Assembly (NCBI GenBank): GCA_965203315.1
Contig: OZ241857.1
Coordinates: forward strand, 1,472,001 to 1,536,000
Origin: Nitrosopumilus sp.
Lineage (GTDB): Archaea; Thermoproteota; Nitrososphaeria; Nitrososphaerales; Nitrosopumilaceae
Length of the DNA: 64,000 nt
Direction of reading: 5' to 3'
Part shown: piece after piece, positions 10,964-20,687 of the stretch
Layout of the letters: every line of letters starts with the position of its first letter
How positions within the stretch are numbered: the first letter of the stretch is position 1
The notes under the pieces: model-generated
Told to the model about the DNA's origin: nothing
Database searches by the model: none
Seen by the model: the letters and a program-made list of their open reading frames with translations, nothing else
Translations under genes and position numbers: made by a program

Positions 10964-12426
10964 GAGCTCTGTTCAATGAATATTTTTGCAATATGATGGT
11001 TTAGTGGTGGTTTAGATGAAAACACATCAGATGTGCAATTTGGAATCAATTTCACATTAAAATTAAAGCTTGTTGTACTGAAATGTTGTTTTTTACTACA
11101 AAATGAACAAGATTCTGACAATCAAAAGTTAGAAATCATTAAAAAAATCAAAGGTTTGCAAGTATTTGTTTTTTAATTATTCGCAAGTTATGTGCGGCAA
11201 CCCTAAATAACAATTCTTGAACCATGTGTTCCCACAATATCGATTTTAGACCTTCGCCAAACAGACGCTTCATTGTAGAAAATACACCTTCCGATGCAGA
11301 GCGCTCACCATAACCGTTTTTTCTCCCCCATCTTGCTTGATTTTTTAATCTATCTTTTTTTGTGATCTTTGTTACATCTTTGCATTTTGAGCCAAAAGTT
11401 AACTGAATCTGAGCAGTTTTACTTCTAACAGTTTCAAGATATGTTTTGGCAGTGTATCTTGTTGGAATTATTGGTTTAATCCCACGCTTTTTACAGTACT
11501 CAAAGATTTCAACTGTGTCGTAGCCTTTATCAGCTAGAATTTTAATCTCTATGTCTTTAATATTACAACATTTTTGGAGCATACCAAGCGCAAATTCAAC
11601 GAGTTCAATAAATTGAGATGAATCTGCTTCAGAATCGGTTGTAATGGTACATCCCAGTATTGCCTTTGTTTTTACGTCTATGATTGGGTGTAATTTAACA
11701 AATCCTTTCTTCTTTACTTTGTCCTGTTCTTTCTCGAACCTAAACTCGATCCATCTACCGCCTGCGTGTTGTGTAAATCCAGAGGCATCCAGGGAAAGAA
11801 TGACTTCTTTAAAATGATCTGCAACTGCGATATCATTTAAAATGTCTACCTCCATGTCATTTATTCTAGTAAATAATGTAGTATAAGCTGGTATCTCGAA
11901 ATCAGGAAAAAATCGTTTTAATTCGTCTTCTAATTCTCTATATGATAATCCTCGCTTAGCTCTTATCATTGCAGCACATCTCAAAAAAGAGTCTGAATAG
12001 GCGTATTGACCGCCACGTTTCTTTGCGTTCATCTTTTTTAATTCTTTACTAAACAGTTTTGCAAGTTCCTCAGTATCGATTACTCCAAATTCAAATAAGA
12101 ACAAAACATATCTGACCGTTGAACCATTACTAAGTTGCTTTGCTATTCTTCTTATTTTCTCTCTTTCTTTATTTTGAACTTTTTTATCTTTTAAAATTTT
12201 GAATTCTGACTTATTTTTACGTTTCAATATCTTGTAGAAAATAGATACCCTATATAGATCTTTTCATTTAATTTTAAAATTACATCACAAAAAATGAAAT
12301 CATAATTAAAAGCAAACTAACGTGCAATTTAATTTCATAATCTCTAATCAGCTCCGAATTTGACGCAGTTGAGCATCAACTAATGAGAAATTTTGCAGTT
12401 TTGTGCCTATTCATTGAACAGAGCAC
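10964..12426 (-). mobile_element. IS5-family insertion sequence, 1463 bp, copy 1
   Basis: TIRs GAGCTCTGTTCAATGAATA / TATTCATTGAACAGAGCAC; 6-bp TSD TGAGGA. Confidence 0.95.
11148..12227 (-). CDS. IS5-family (IS903/ISH1-like) DDE transposase
   Basis: LDASG, KLH, ADKGYD, GYGERS.SEGVFS.MKRLFG; TTG start. Confidence 0.92.
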   Translation of the reverse strand: MKRKNKSEFKILKDKKVQNKEREKIRRIAKQLSNGSTVRYVLFLFEFGVIDTEELAKLFSKELKKMNAKKRGGQYAYSDSFLRCAAMIRAKRGLSYRELEDELKRFFPDFEIPAYTTLFTRINDMEVDILNDIAVADHFKEVILSLDASGFTQHAGGRWIEFRFEKEQDKVKKKGFVKLHPIIDVKTKAILGCTITTDSEADSSQFIELVEFALGMLQKCCNIKDIEIKILADKGYDTVEIFEYCKKRGIKPIIPTRYTAKTYLETVRSKTAQIQLTFGSKCKDVTKITKKDRLKNQARWGRKNGYGERSASEGVFSTMKRLFGEGLKSILWEHMVQELLFRVAAHNLRIIKKQILANL

Positions 12427-12742
12427 TGAGGAGAGTAAACGACGAGTTGGCAATATCTTTACATGTGTAACAACATGGGAGCAACAAGGTCTCAACGTCT
12501 ATGATACACTCCTAAAAGTTGTGCGTGAGACCTAACCTCATACCTATAAAGTTAAAACTTGAAATGCATTGTAACACATGCAATAAAATAGAAAACAAGA
12601 TCAAACATATCTTGATCATCTTCAAATATAATGGTCGTGCCAACCCTAATCTAATTTCACAATCAACTAAAATGTAAGATCTAGCTCGACATAATTTGAG
12701 TAACTAGCACCAAATGTTTCAAGACGAGTACGATGCATTTAC

Positions 12743-12891
12743 TAGACTGTATGCGTATTTCTTATATCTTGTGCATATTAAGACACATATTTTGAGACGC
12801 AATAAAACACCATAATTTTGAGAGGCAAATTGATTCATTGTTGTTATGTTTGATGATTGGGCATGGGCACTCTTAATACGCATACAGTCTA
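12743..12891. mobile_element. 149-bp MITE with perfect 17-bp TIRs
   Basis: TAGACTGTATGCGTATT ... AATACGCATACAGTCTA; a solo end also lies at 21898-21915. Confidence 0.8.
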
Positions 12892-12898
12892 CAGTATA

Positions 12899-12933
12899 AT
12901 AACCGAGAGTGCGATCTGTTTGATTTGCTAGTG
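12899..12933 (+). repeat. 35-bp direct repeat of the IS1595 remnant 3' end (identical to 8962-8996)
   Basis: ATAACCGAGAGTGCGATCTGTTTGATTTGCTAGTG at both positions. Confidence 0.9.
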
Positions 12934-13052
12934 CAACATATGTTGAGGCTTGATATCAATAATCTCCATTTGTATATTTACAGTATGAATGATATAATGC
13001 ACATTTGGATTAAATGTAAAGTACTTTTATTTACAAAACCATATCCATTAAA

Positions 13053-13367
13053 CTAGTCCGAGATATTCTCTATTGCATCTTTTAGACTATCTACCCATCC
13101 GCCTGGACCAAAGACTCCAAACTTGAAGATCTCTTCACCGTTAGCAGTCTTTGCAGCAAAACAAAACTTTCGCATCAACAGTCCCTCCTTCCATACTTTG
13201 GTAATGTCGCCTAAAGGAACATCTACTATTGTATCGCCGACATTCTTTGTAAAGTCCATAACTCTTGCTTTTGTCTTATCAAAAGCTATTCGTTTGTTAG
13301 TAAGAGTAAGAATTCCAGAACCAAGTTTATCCTCGTTACAGTCCTCTTGTTTTATTCGCTTCTCCAT
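13053..13367 (-). CDS. PH/GRAM-like small protein
   Basis: GSGILTLTNKRIAFDK..VPLGDITKV..WVDSL pattern; ATG at 13367. Confidence 0.7.
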   Translation of the reverse strand: MEKRIKQEDCNEDKLGSGILTLTNKRIAFDKTKARVMDFTKNVGDTIVDVPLGDITKVWKEGLLMRKFCFAAKTANGEEIFKFGVFGPGGWVDSLKDAIENISD

Positions 13368-13401
13368 GATCTTTATTAAATAATCATACGATATAACGTT
13401 A

Positions 13402-14043
13402 ATGAAACTAGTACGTAGAGGCGCAGAAGCTGATCTATACAGTACAGTATGGAACAATACCCCCGCAATACTCAAAGTACGCACACCGAAAAAGTATCGC
13501 AACAGTACACTAGATCTCAAGATACGTCGTTATAGAACTATTAAAGAGTCTACGATACTATCTCAAGTAAAGTCATTTGGCATACGGGCTCCACTTGTAT
13601 ATCTAGTAGATCTAGAAAAGTGCTCTATCTTGATGCAGTATGTGCCAGGTGTACCAGTACATGACATACCAAACTCTTCCATCAAAGGTATAGTGTATAG
13701 TCTAGGACAGCTCGTTGGCAGACTACACAAGAATGGTATAATGCACGGCGATCTAACTACATCAAACTTTATCATAAATGATACAGATGTTATCACCGAT
13801 ACCAGTCCAATATACGTGATCGACTTTGGTCTAGCCAACAATACAACAAAACCTGAAGACCATGCAGTAGATCTACGTCTATTCAAAGAGATTCTAAACA
13901 GTGCACATGCAAGTGTAATAGAGTACACGTGGAGACGATTCATCTCTGGATATACTAGTATAGTGTCTAGAGATAGATCCGATATGATTCAAGGAATAGT
14001 CTCTGATATTGAGAGCCGTGGAAGATATGCCAATGTCGTCTAG
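13402..14043 (+). CDS. bud32: KEOPS kinase/ATPase Bud32
   Basis: GAEA, HGDLTTSNF, IDFGL, AVDL, RGRY C-terminus. Confidence 0.95.
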   Translation: MKLVRRGAEADLYSTVWNNTPAILKVRTPKKYRNSTLDLKIRRYRTIKESTILSQVKSFGIRAPLVYLVDLEKCSILMQYVPGVPVHDIPNSSIKGIVYSLGQLVGRLHKNGIMHGDLTTSNFIINDTDVITDTSPIYVIDFGLANNTTKPEDHAVDLRLFKEILNSAHASVIEYTWRRFISGYTSIVSRDRSDMIQGIVSDIESRGRYANVV

Positions 14044-14638
14044 ACTACACTTTGCATCATCTAATCACAACAAGTATCGTGAGGTACAACAGATACTCGA
14101 ATCACTAGGTGTACAGATACAGTTCTTTTGTGTAAATCTACTAGAGATCCAATCTGACTCGCTCTGTGATATTGCTGTACACAAAGTCCAAGATGCATTC
14201 TCTAAATGTAATGCTCCCGTACTGGTAGAAGATGATGGATTGTACATCGATGCATTGGGCGGTTTTCCTGGACCATACTCTTCATTCGTATTTGATCATA
14301 TTGGTAACGACGGAATCCTCAAACTAGTAGATGATAACCGCAAAGCTAAATTTGTATCTGTGATATCATATTATGACGGAGATACTCTACAGTCATTCGA
14401 ATCAAGTCTTGACGGTACAATATCTCTAGAACCAAAAGGCAAAGGATGGGGATACGATCCAATATTTATTCCCGTATTGTCCAATACAACGTTTGCAGAT
14501 ATCTCAGATATATCCGATAAATGTACTCCAAATAGTACCAAAATACATCACACAAAGAATGACATATCACATAGATCTAGTTCACTCAAAAAATTTGCTA
14601 ATTGGTACATGCATATGCGGGAATCATTCGATCGATAA
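14033..14638 (+). CDS. rdgB: Non-canonical purine NTP pyrophosphatase (RdgB/HAM1)
   Basis: SSNHNK, VEDDGL, GFPGPYS, GWGYDPIF, SHR. Confidence 0.94.
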   Translation: MSSRLHFASSNHNKYREVQQILESLGVQIQFFCVNLLEIQSDSLCDIAVHKVQDAFSKCNAPVLVEDDGLYIDALGGFPGPYSSFVFDHIGNDGILKLVDDNRKAKFVSVISYYDGDTLQSFESSLDGTISLEPKGKGWGYDPIFIPVLSNTTFADISDISDKCTPNSTKIHHTKNDISHRSSSLKKFANWYMHMRESFDR

Positions 14639-15617
14639 ATCTATCTCTATTCTGTAATACACATATTCTTGATACAAAACTCTCATCCATAATATCGAAT
14701 CTATCACAACGTTTGATAATCTCTTTACTGTACTCTCGTATCTCATCCATCTCTAACATATTTGAGCGCTCGAGTCTGTTTACAGATCTACCAATATGCA
14801 TGTACGATTTTATCTCAACAAAGTGCGGCATTGCATCTTCAAACATCTCTGCAAATGGTACAATCATGGACTCTAGATCATTGTAACCGCGAATCAACGT
14901 AACTCTTAGAACGGTTCTCGTATCGAGACTCTTCAACATTTGTAGTGTGCGGTTCCATCTCTCCCACGAGTCGTTGTATCTGGGTCTATTAATTCGGATA
15001 AAGGACTCATAGTCTGCAGCATTTGTAGACAAGTATAGTTGAGTTGGTAATGCAGACTCGTCTTGTAGACGCTGTATCATATCTGGTTCTTGACCGTTTG
15101 TTACAAGAAAGATCGATCTAGTTGCAGCAAGCGATTTGAGATACTTTATGAGTTCGGGTAACTTTGGATACATTGTAGGTTCGCCAGATAGCGATATTGC
15201 ATAATGACTTGGTAGTAGTGACTCGTCTAGACGCTGTGTATCATTTCGTGAGTCGCCATAGTATCCATTGATCAATCGCTTTCGTTCTGCCATAAGCTTT
15301 GTAACGATCTCTTTGGGTTCTGCTACATTCTCTGATCTCATCTCAAGTGTGTCGTAAAACTCCATGGGTCGCCAGCAGTATACACAACGATTCTCACAGT
15401 ACATTCCAGCTGGAGAAAACTCCATACAGCGATGAGTCGATATACCATAAAACTTGTGTTTGTAACAGTCTCCTTCATGTTTGAACGATCTCTTTGTCCA
15501 ATGGCACAACTCTACTGTACCATGATCTGCGACTCCATACTTGGCCTTTCTGAGTTGATCTGATATGGTCGGTCTAATCTGAATAAGATCATCTACTATC
15601 TCACCTGAACAACTCAT
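14598..15617 (-). CDS. taw1: 4-demethylwyosine synthase (radical SAM, Tyw1/Taw1)
   Basis: CHWTK, CYKHKFYGI, CENRCVYCWR, SLSGEPT. Confidence 0.95.
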   Translation of the reverse strand: MSCSGEIVDDLIQIRPTISDQLRKAKYGVADHGTVELCHWTKRSFKHEGDCYKHKFYGISTHRCMEFSPAGMYCENRCVYCWRPMEFYDTLEMRSENVAEPKEIVTKLMAERKRLINGYYGDSRNDTQRLDESLLPSHYAISLSGEPTMYPKLPELIKYLKSLAATRSIFLVTNGQEPDMIQRLQDESALPTQLYLSTNAADYESFIRINRPRYNDSWERWNRTLQMLKSLDTRTVLRVTLIRGYNDLESMIVPFAEMFEDAMPHFVEIKSYMHIGRSVNRLERSNMLEMDEIREYSKEIIKRCDRFDIMDESFVSRICVLQNRDRFIDRMIPAYACTN

Positions 15618-15750
15618 ATCCGGTTGTATTGTCTAGTTTGGTTTACTTAAATTAATCGAGACGAGTCGTCATCAGATATTATTGACTAAAAGCGTTTTTA
15701 GGTGATTTATAGTGAGGTTTAATAATTGGATCATTGACATACTTGTAAGA

Positions 15751-18177
15751 TTGAAGAGGATAAACTTTCCATTTCTATTATTGCTTGTAGCTACCCTAAC
15801 GAGTGTACCGATCGGTACTGTCTATGCCCAAGATCGAGATAACGATGGTATCGAAGACTCGGTCGACGCTTGTCCAAATCTACTCGAAGATTATGTCGGA
15901 GTGGAGGATGGTTGTCCATCTAATTTTATTCCTTGGTATGATGAAGACTATGATGGGATAGAGGATCACTTGGATCGTTGTCCTGCAGTGCGTGAAAATT
16001 ATAATGCATATCAAGATAACGATGGTTGCCCAGATACCAACCCACAAGGAGGATCTGATGGTCTACCAGACTCTGACAATGACGGTTTTATAGACAGAGT
16101 CGATCTATGCCCTAACCAACCAGAGACCTTTAATGGTGTAATGGATCGTGATGGCTGTCCAGACACATTTACTTTTGGAGATAGAGACAGCGATGGAATC
16201 TTGGATGACATCGATGAATGTCCACTCGCTAGTGAGACATTCAACAGATATCAAGACGAAGATGGCTGTCCAGATACCGTAACATCTAGCGTTAGTGACT
16301 CTGATAATGACAATATCCCAGACAATATAGATCTATGTGTTGATGAACCAGAGACCTATAACGACTATCTAGACTCGGATGGTTGCCCAGATGAGAGGAG
16401 AGTCGTATCTCTGGTCGATTCTGACGGCGATGGCATAGCTGATGACTTTGATCTATGCCCTCAAAATCCAGAGACTGTCAATCGTTATGCAGATTATGAC
16501 GGCTGCCCAGACAGTGTGCCAGAGGCTCCTTTGAGCGCCGACAGAGACGGTGATAGAATCCTAGACAGTGTAGACAAGTGTCCAGACGAACCAGAGAGAT
16601 ACAACAAGTATCAAGACTTTGACGGTTGTCCTGACATTCCTCCATTTCCTGACAGAGATAGTGACTCTGACTTTGATGGTATTAAAAACAGTCTAGACGA
16701 GTGTCCTCAAGTTGCCGAGATATACAACAAGTATCAAGACGAAGATGGATGCCCAGACTTTGTGTCTACCGATGGTGGCAGTATTCCAGACTCTGATAAT
16801 GACGGGATCAGTGACTTTATAGATCTATGTCCTAACCAACCCGAGACCTTTAACAATGTCTTTGATCGTGATGGATGCCCAGACGATAGTCCAACCAGTG
16901 ATAGAGACCGCGATGGTATCTCTGATGCTATGGATGCATGCCCTACAATAAAAGAGACATACAATGATATCGATGATGCCGATGGTTGCCCAGATACCGT
17001 CAAAGAGGTTATGCCCGACTTTGATGGTGACGGTATACCTGATCTGAAAGACAAATGTCCTCTCCAACCAGAGACGGTAAACACATACCAAGATCATGAC
17101 GGTTGCCCAGACTTGCCTGTATCTGACTCTGACAACGATGGAATACGTGACGAGTTGGATGAATGTCCAAATAGATCTGAGACGTGGAACCGATACCAAG
17201 ATCATGACGGTTGCCCAGACGTCAGCATCAATCCCGACTCTGACTTTGATGGTATAATAGATGATCTGGATCAATGTCCACATGAACGAGAGCGTTTCAA
17301 TGGCTTGGATGATACCGATGGCTGCCCAGACAATCTAGAGTATACAGTGACTGCCGATAGCGACAACGATGGCATAATAGACGAACGAGACTCTTGTCCT
17401 CTAGTTGCAGAGGTATACAACCAATACCAAGATACCGATGGCTGCCCTGACAGTGTAACAGTTGGTACCAGTACTGCAGATTCAGATAATGATGGTATCT
17501 TTGATTTTAAAGACTTGTGTCCAAATCAACCCGAGACGGTAAATGGTATCTTGGATAGAGACGGCTGCCCTGACCGATACATACCTGGTATAGACACCGA
17601 TCGTGATGGTATTCCAGATACAATGGATCAATGTCCACTTGCTAGTGAGACATACAACACATATCAAGATCATGACGGCTGCCCTGACACTATAATCGAG
17701 TCTCGAGTAGTCGATTCAGATAATGATGGTATTCAAGACTCTGTCGATGACTGTCCTCTAGTGGCAGAGGTCTACAATGGAGTAAAAGATACCGACGGCT
17801 GCCCTGACACCAGCGAACAACAACCAGACACCGATGGTGATGGTGTCCCTGACCACATGGATAGATGTCCTGATCGTAATGAGGTCTGGAATAGATTTAT
17901 GGACTATGATGGATGTCCAGACGTGCTACCTATTCCCAAGATAGTTATTGATACCGATAATGATCGGATACCAGACTCTGAGGATAGTTGTCCTGCAGAG
18001 CCCGAGACGTGGAACAAGTATCTAGACAAGGATGGATGCCCAGATACACTTCCTGAGCAATCTAGATACAAACACGATGCCGATCTTGACGGTATTGTGA
18101 ACGATCTAGACCAATGTGTATCAGAACCAGAGGACTATGATGGCGATCGCGATACAGATGGGTGTCCTGATGCATAG
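15751..18177 (+). CDS. Secreted thrombospondin type-3-like Ca-binding repeat protein 1 (about 20 repeats)
   Basis: Signal peptide, then repeats of DxDxDGIxDxxDxCPxxxExxNxYQDxDGCPD; TTG start at 15751 preferred. Confidence 0.9.
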   Translation: MKRINFPFLLLLVATLTSVPIGTVYAQDRDNDGIEDSVDACPNLLEDYVGVEDGCPSNFIPWYDEDYDGIEDHLDRCPAVRENYNAYQDNDGCPDTNPQGGSDGLPDSDNDGFIDRVDLCPNQPETFNGVMDRDGCPDTFTFGDRDSDGILDDIDECPLASETFNRYQDEDGCPDTVTSSVSDSDNDNIPDNIDLCVDEPETYNDYLDSDGCPDERRVVSLVDSDGDGIADDFDLCPQNPETVNRYADYDGCPDSVPEAPLSADRDGDRILDSVDKCPDEPERYNKYQDFDGCPDIPPFPDRDSDSDFDGIKNSLDECPQVAEIYNKYQDEDGCPDFVSTDGGSIPDSDNDGISDFIDLCPNQPETFNNVFDRDGCPDDSPTSDRDRDGISDAMDACPTIKETYNDIDDADGCPDTVKEVMPDFDGDGIPDLKDKCPLQPETVNTYQDHDGCPDLPVSDSDNDGIRDELDECPNRSETWNRYQDHDGCPDVSINPDSDFDGIIDDLDQCPHERERFNGLDDTDGCPDNLEYTVTADSDNDGIIDERDSCPLVAEVYNQYQDTDGCPDSVTVGTSTADSDNDGIFDFKDLCPNQPETVNGILDRDGCPDRYIPGIDTDRDGIPDTMDQCPLASETYNTYQDHDGCPDTIIESRVVDSDNDGIQDSVDDCPLVAEVYNGVKDTDGCPDTSEQQPDTDGDGVPDHMDRCPDRNEVWNRFMDYDGCPDVLPIPKIVIDTDNDRIPDSEDSCPAEPETWNKYLDKDGCPDTLPEQSRYKHDADLDGIVNDLDQCVSEPEDYDGDRDTDGCPDA

Positions 18178-18189
18178 GAGACTCGTACC

Positions 18190-20358
18190 ATGATCAAATA
18201 CTTTTCTGTTATTCTTCTCTTTGTTGTACTCGGTACATCTCCGTTTGCATTTGCTGCATCAACTGTAGATAACGACGGTGACGGTGTTCCAAACAGTATA
18301 GATGAATGTCCACATCTACTTGAAGACTATGATCCACAGTATGGAGGTAAGATAGATGGATGTCCTGCAGACTTTGTTCCGTGGTATGATGCCGACTCTG
18401 ATGGTATCCAAGATCATATCGATTCATGTCCAACGGTACAAGAGACATACAACAACTTTGAGGATGATGATGGATGTCCTGATGTTGCACCAGGCGGTAC
18501 ACCTAGAGTAATCGACTCTGACGGTGACGGCTTTACAGACTTTCTAGACAAGTGTCCAAATGTGCCCGAGACGGTTAATGGAATCGATGACAACGACGGC
18601 TGCCCAGACGATGTCACATCATTGGCAGACCGTGATATCGATGGTATATCTGACGCTAAAGACGCTTGTCCTATTGAACCCGAGACCTACAACGGATACC
18701 AAGATACAGACGGCTGCCCAGATCAAAAGCCCGATTCTACGGCACCTACATTTGTATTCCCTGATGCCGACTCTGATGGTATAGATGATAGATGGGACTC
18801 GTGTGTTGATGAACCAGAAAACTATAACAACTATCTAGATCATGACGGCTGTCCCGATGTTCCTGGTGTAGATCTGGGTGATCCCGTAGACACCGACTTT
18901 GATGGTATTCTAGATGACGATGACTTGTGTCCCACTGAACGTGAAAACTATAACAAGTTTCAAGATACAGACGGCTGCCCAGATACACTAGACTTTACGA
19001 TTGTTGCTGATAGTGACGGTGATCTATTTTTGGATAATGTAGACATGTGTCCATATAATCCCGAGACATGGAATAGATACCAAGATGACGACGGCTGCCC
19101 AGATATCGTTGCAGAAGATCGAGAGATGGTAGATACCGATAACGACGGCTTTGTAGACTCTCTAGACCTATGCCCAACCGTACCCGAGACGGTTAACGGA
19201 ATCGATGACAACGACGGCTGCCCAGACGATGTCACATCATTGGCAGACCGTGATATCGATGGTATATCTGACGCTAGAGACGCTTGTCCTATTGAACCTG
19301 AGACCTACAACGGATACCAAGATACAGACGGCTGCCCAGACACCACTGGAACTAGTTTTTCGATGTTTGTATTTCCTGATACCGACTCTGATGGGTTTGA
19401 TGATAGATGGGACTCGTGCATCGATGAACCAGAGAACTATAACGACTATCTAGATCATGATGGGTGTCCAGACGTTCCTGGCGCCGAGTCTGTCGCACTT
19501 CCAATCGATACGGACAATGATGGTCTTGCAGATAGTGTAGACAAGTGTCCACTGATTGCTGAGAGATATAACGGCTTTCAAGATGACGACGGTTGTCCTG
19601 ATTCAGTAGTACACGAACGAGTTGATGACTCGGACAACGATGGAATACTAGATAATTTAGACAAGTGTCCAAATGTACCCGAGACGTACAACAGATATCA
19701 AGATGACGACGGTTGTCCTGATATTGTCGCACAAGATCGAAAGATAGTGGACTCTGATGCTGACAACATACCTGATTCTCTAGACCTCTGTCCAAACGTA
19801 CCCGAGACTTACAACAGATACCAAGATACCGACGGCTGCCCAGACAGTAATCCCTTGGTCAGTGATGCAGATCGCGATGGCATCAATGACAATTTAGATC
19901 AATGTCCAAATGTACCCGAGACGTACAACAGATATCAAGATACCGACGGCTGCCCAGATCAAGCACCACAGTCTACAACACCCAGATTTGTATTCCCTGA
20001 TACTGACTCTGATGGTATAGATGATAGATGGGACTCGTGCATCGATGAACCAGAAAACTATAACAACTATCTAGATCATGATGGATGTCCAGACGTTCCT
20101 GGCGCCAAATCGGTCACAGTCACTACAAACGATGCAGACCGTGATGGTCATCCTGACGCAGTCGATGCTTGTCCCTCTAGTCCTGAGACATGGAACAAGT
20201 ATCTAGACAAAGACGGCTGCCCAGATGTACTCCCAGAACAGCAACGCTTTGTTCACGATACTGATCTAGATGGAATAATAAACGATCTAGATCAATGTGT
20301 ATCAGAACCAGAGGACTATGATGGCGATCGTGATACCGACGGCTGCCCAGACCCATGA
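18190..20358 (+). CDS. Secreted thrombospondin type-3-like repeat protein 2 (about 17 repeats)
   Basis: Signal peptide MIKYFSVILLFVVLGTSPFAFA and the same repeat unit. Confidence 0.9.
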   Translation: MIKYFSVILLFVVLGTSPFAFAASTVDNDGDGVPNSIDECPHLLEDYDPQYGGKIDGCPADFVPWYDADSDGIQDHIDSCPTVQETYNNFEDDDGCPDVAPGGTPRVIDSDGDGFTDFLDKCPNVPETVNGIDDNDGCPDDVTSLADRDIDGISDAKDACPIEPETYNGYQDTDGCPDQKPDSTAPTFVFPDADSDGIDDRWDSCVDEPENYNNYLDHDGCPDVPGVDLGDPVDTDFDGILDDDDLCPTERENYNKFQDTDGCPDTLDFTIVADSDGDLFLDNVDMCPYNPETWNRYQDDDGCPDIVAEDREMVDTDNDGFVDSLDLCPTVPETVNGIDDNDGCPDDVTSLADRDIDGISDARDACPIEPETYNGYQDTDGCPDTTGTSFSMFVFPDTDSDGFDDRWDSCIDEPENYNDYLDHDGCPDVPGAESVALPIDTDNDGLADSVDKCPLIAERYNGFQDDDGCPDSVVHERVDDSDNDGILDNLDKCPNVPETYNRYQDDDGCPDIVAQDRKIVDSDADNIPDSLDLCPNVPETYNRYQDTDGCPDSNPLVSDADRDGINDNLDQCPNVPETYNRYQDTDGCPDQAPQSTTPRFVFPDTDSDGIDDRWDSCIDEPENYNNYLDHDGCPDVPGAKSVTVTTNDADRDGHPDAVDACPSSPETWNKYLDKDGCPDVLPEQQRFVHDTDLDGIINDLDQCVSEPEDYDGDRDTDGCPDP

Positions 20359-20370
20359 GACAAATACTCT

Positions 20371-20510
20371 ATCGTACAAATAGTACACATAGTACACAAA
20401 TGTACAATATCTATACCGCTTCAATCACATCTAGCTAGTGATCAGTTACTGTCGCCGATTAAGATGAATCAACTATACCACACACAACTATACACACTAT
20501 ACACACTATA
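20371..20510. repeat. Short 9-bp tandem repeats (ATAGTACAC; ACTATACAC)
   Basis: Read directly, downstream of TSP3 gene 2. Confidence 0.6.
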
Positions 20511-20687
20511 GAAATCATATATCTGATACAAGAATATGCTGTGCGTTATGGGCTAGTAATTAGTGATAGTTGCTTGTCTAGATATCTAGAATCGTGACGT
20601 GATGGAATCTGTTAAAGACAAGACTCCTTTCTAGAACAGTCGACCAAAATATTGTATTCTAAATATGGCAAAATCTAGTTCTCTTGT

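Larger units (their letters stand above)
9456..12535 (+). pseudogene. IS66-family transposase interrupted by an IS5-family element
   Basis: Coiled coil, CxxC Zn finger, MDET, VSDGY, QRCWAHILR, TNNRAERAIR; frame resumes after the IS as SKRRVGNIFTCVTTWEQQGLNVY...ET* (stop 12533-12535). Confidence 0.92.

Noticed and set aside
18565-19340. Near-identical repeat pair as a DGR template/variable region
   Set aside because: Only 3 mismatches, not adenine-specific, and no reverse transcriptase in the window
15751-20358. Regularly recurring GACGGCTGCCCAGA words resembling a CRISPR array
   Set aside because: They are in-frame codons for DGCPD in repeat proteins, with synonymous variation and about 110-130-bp spacing; no cas genes are present
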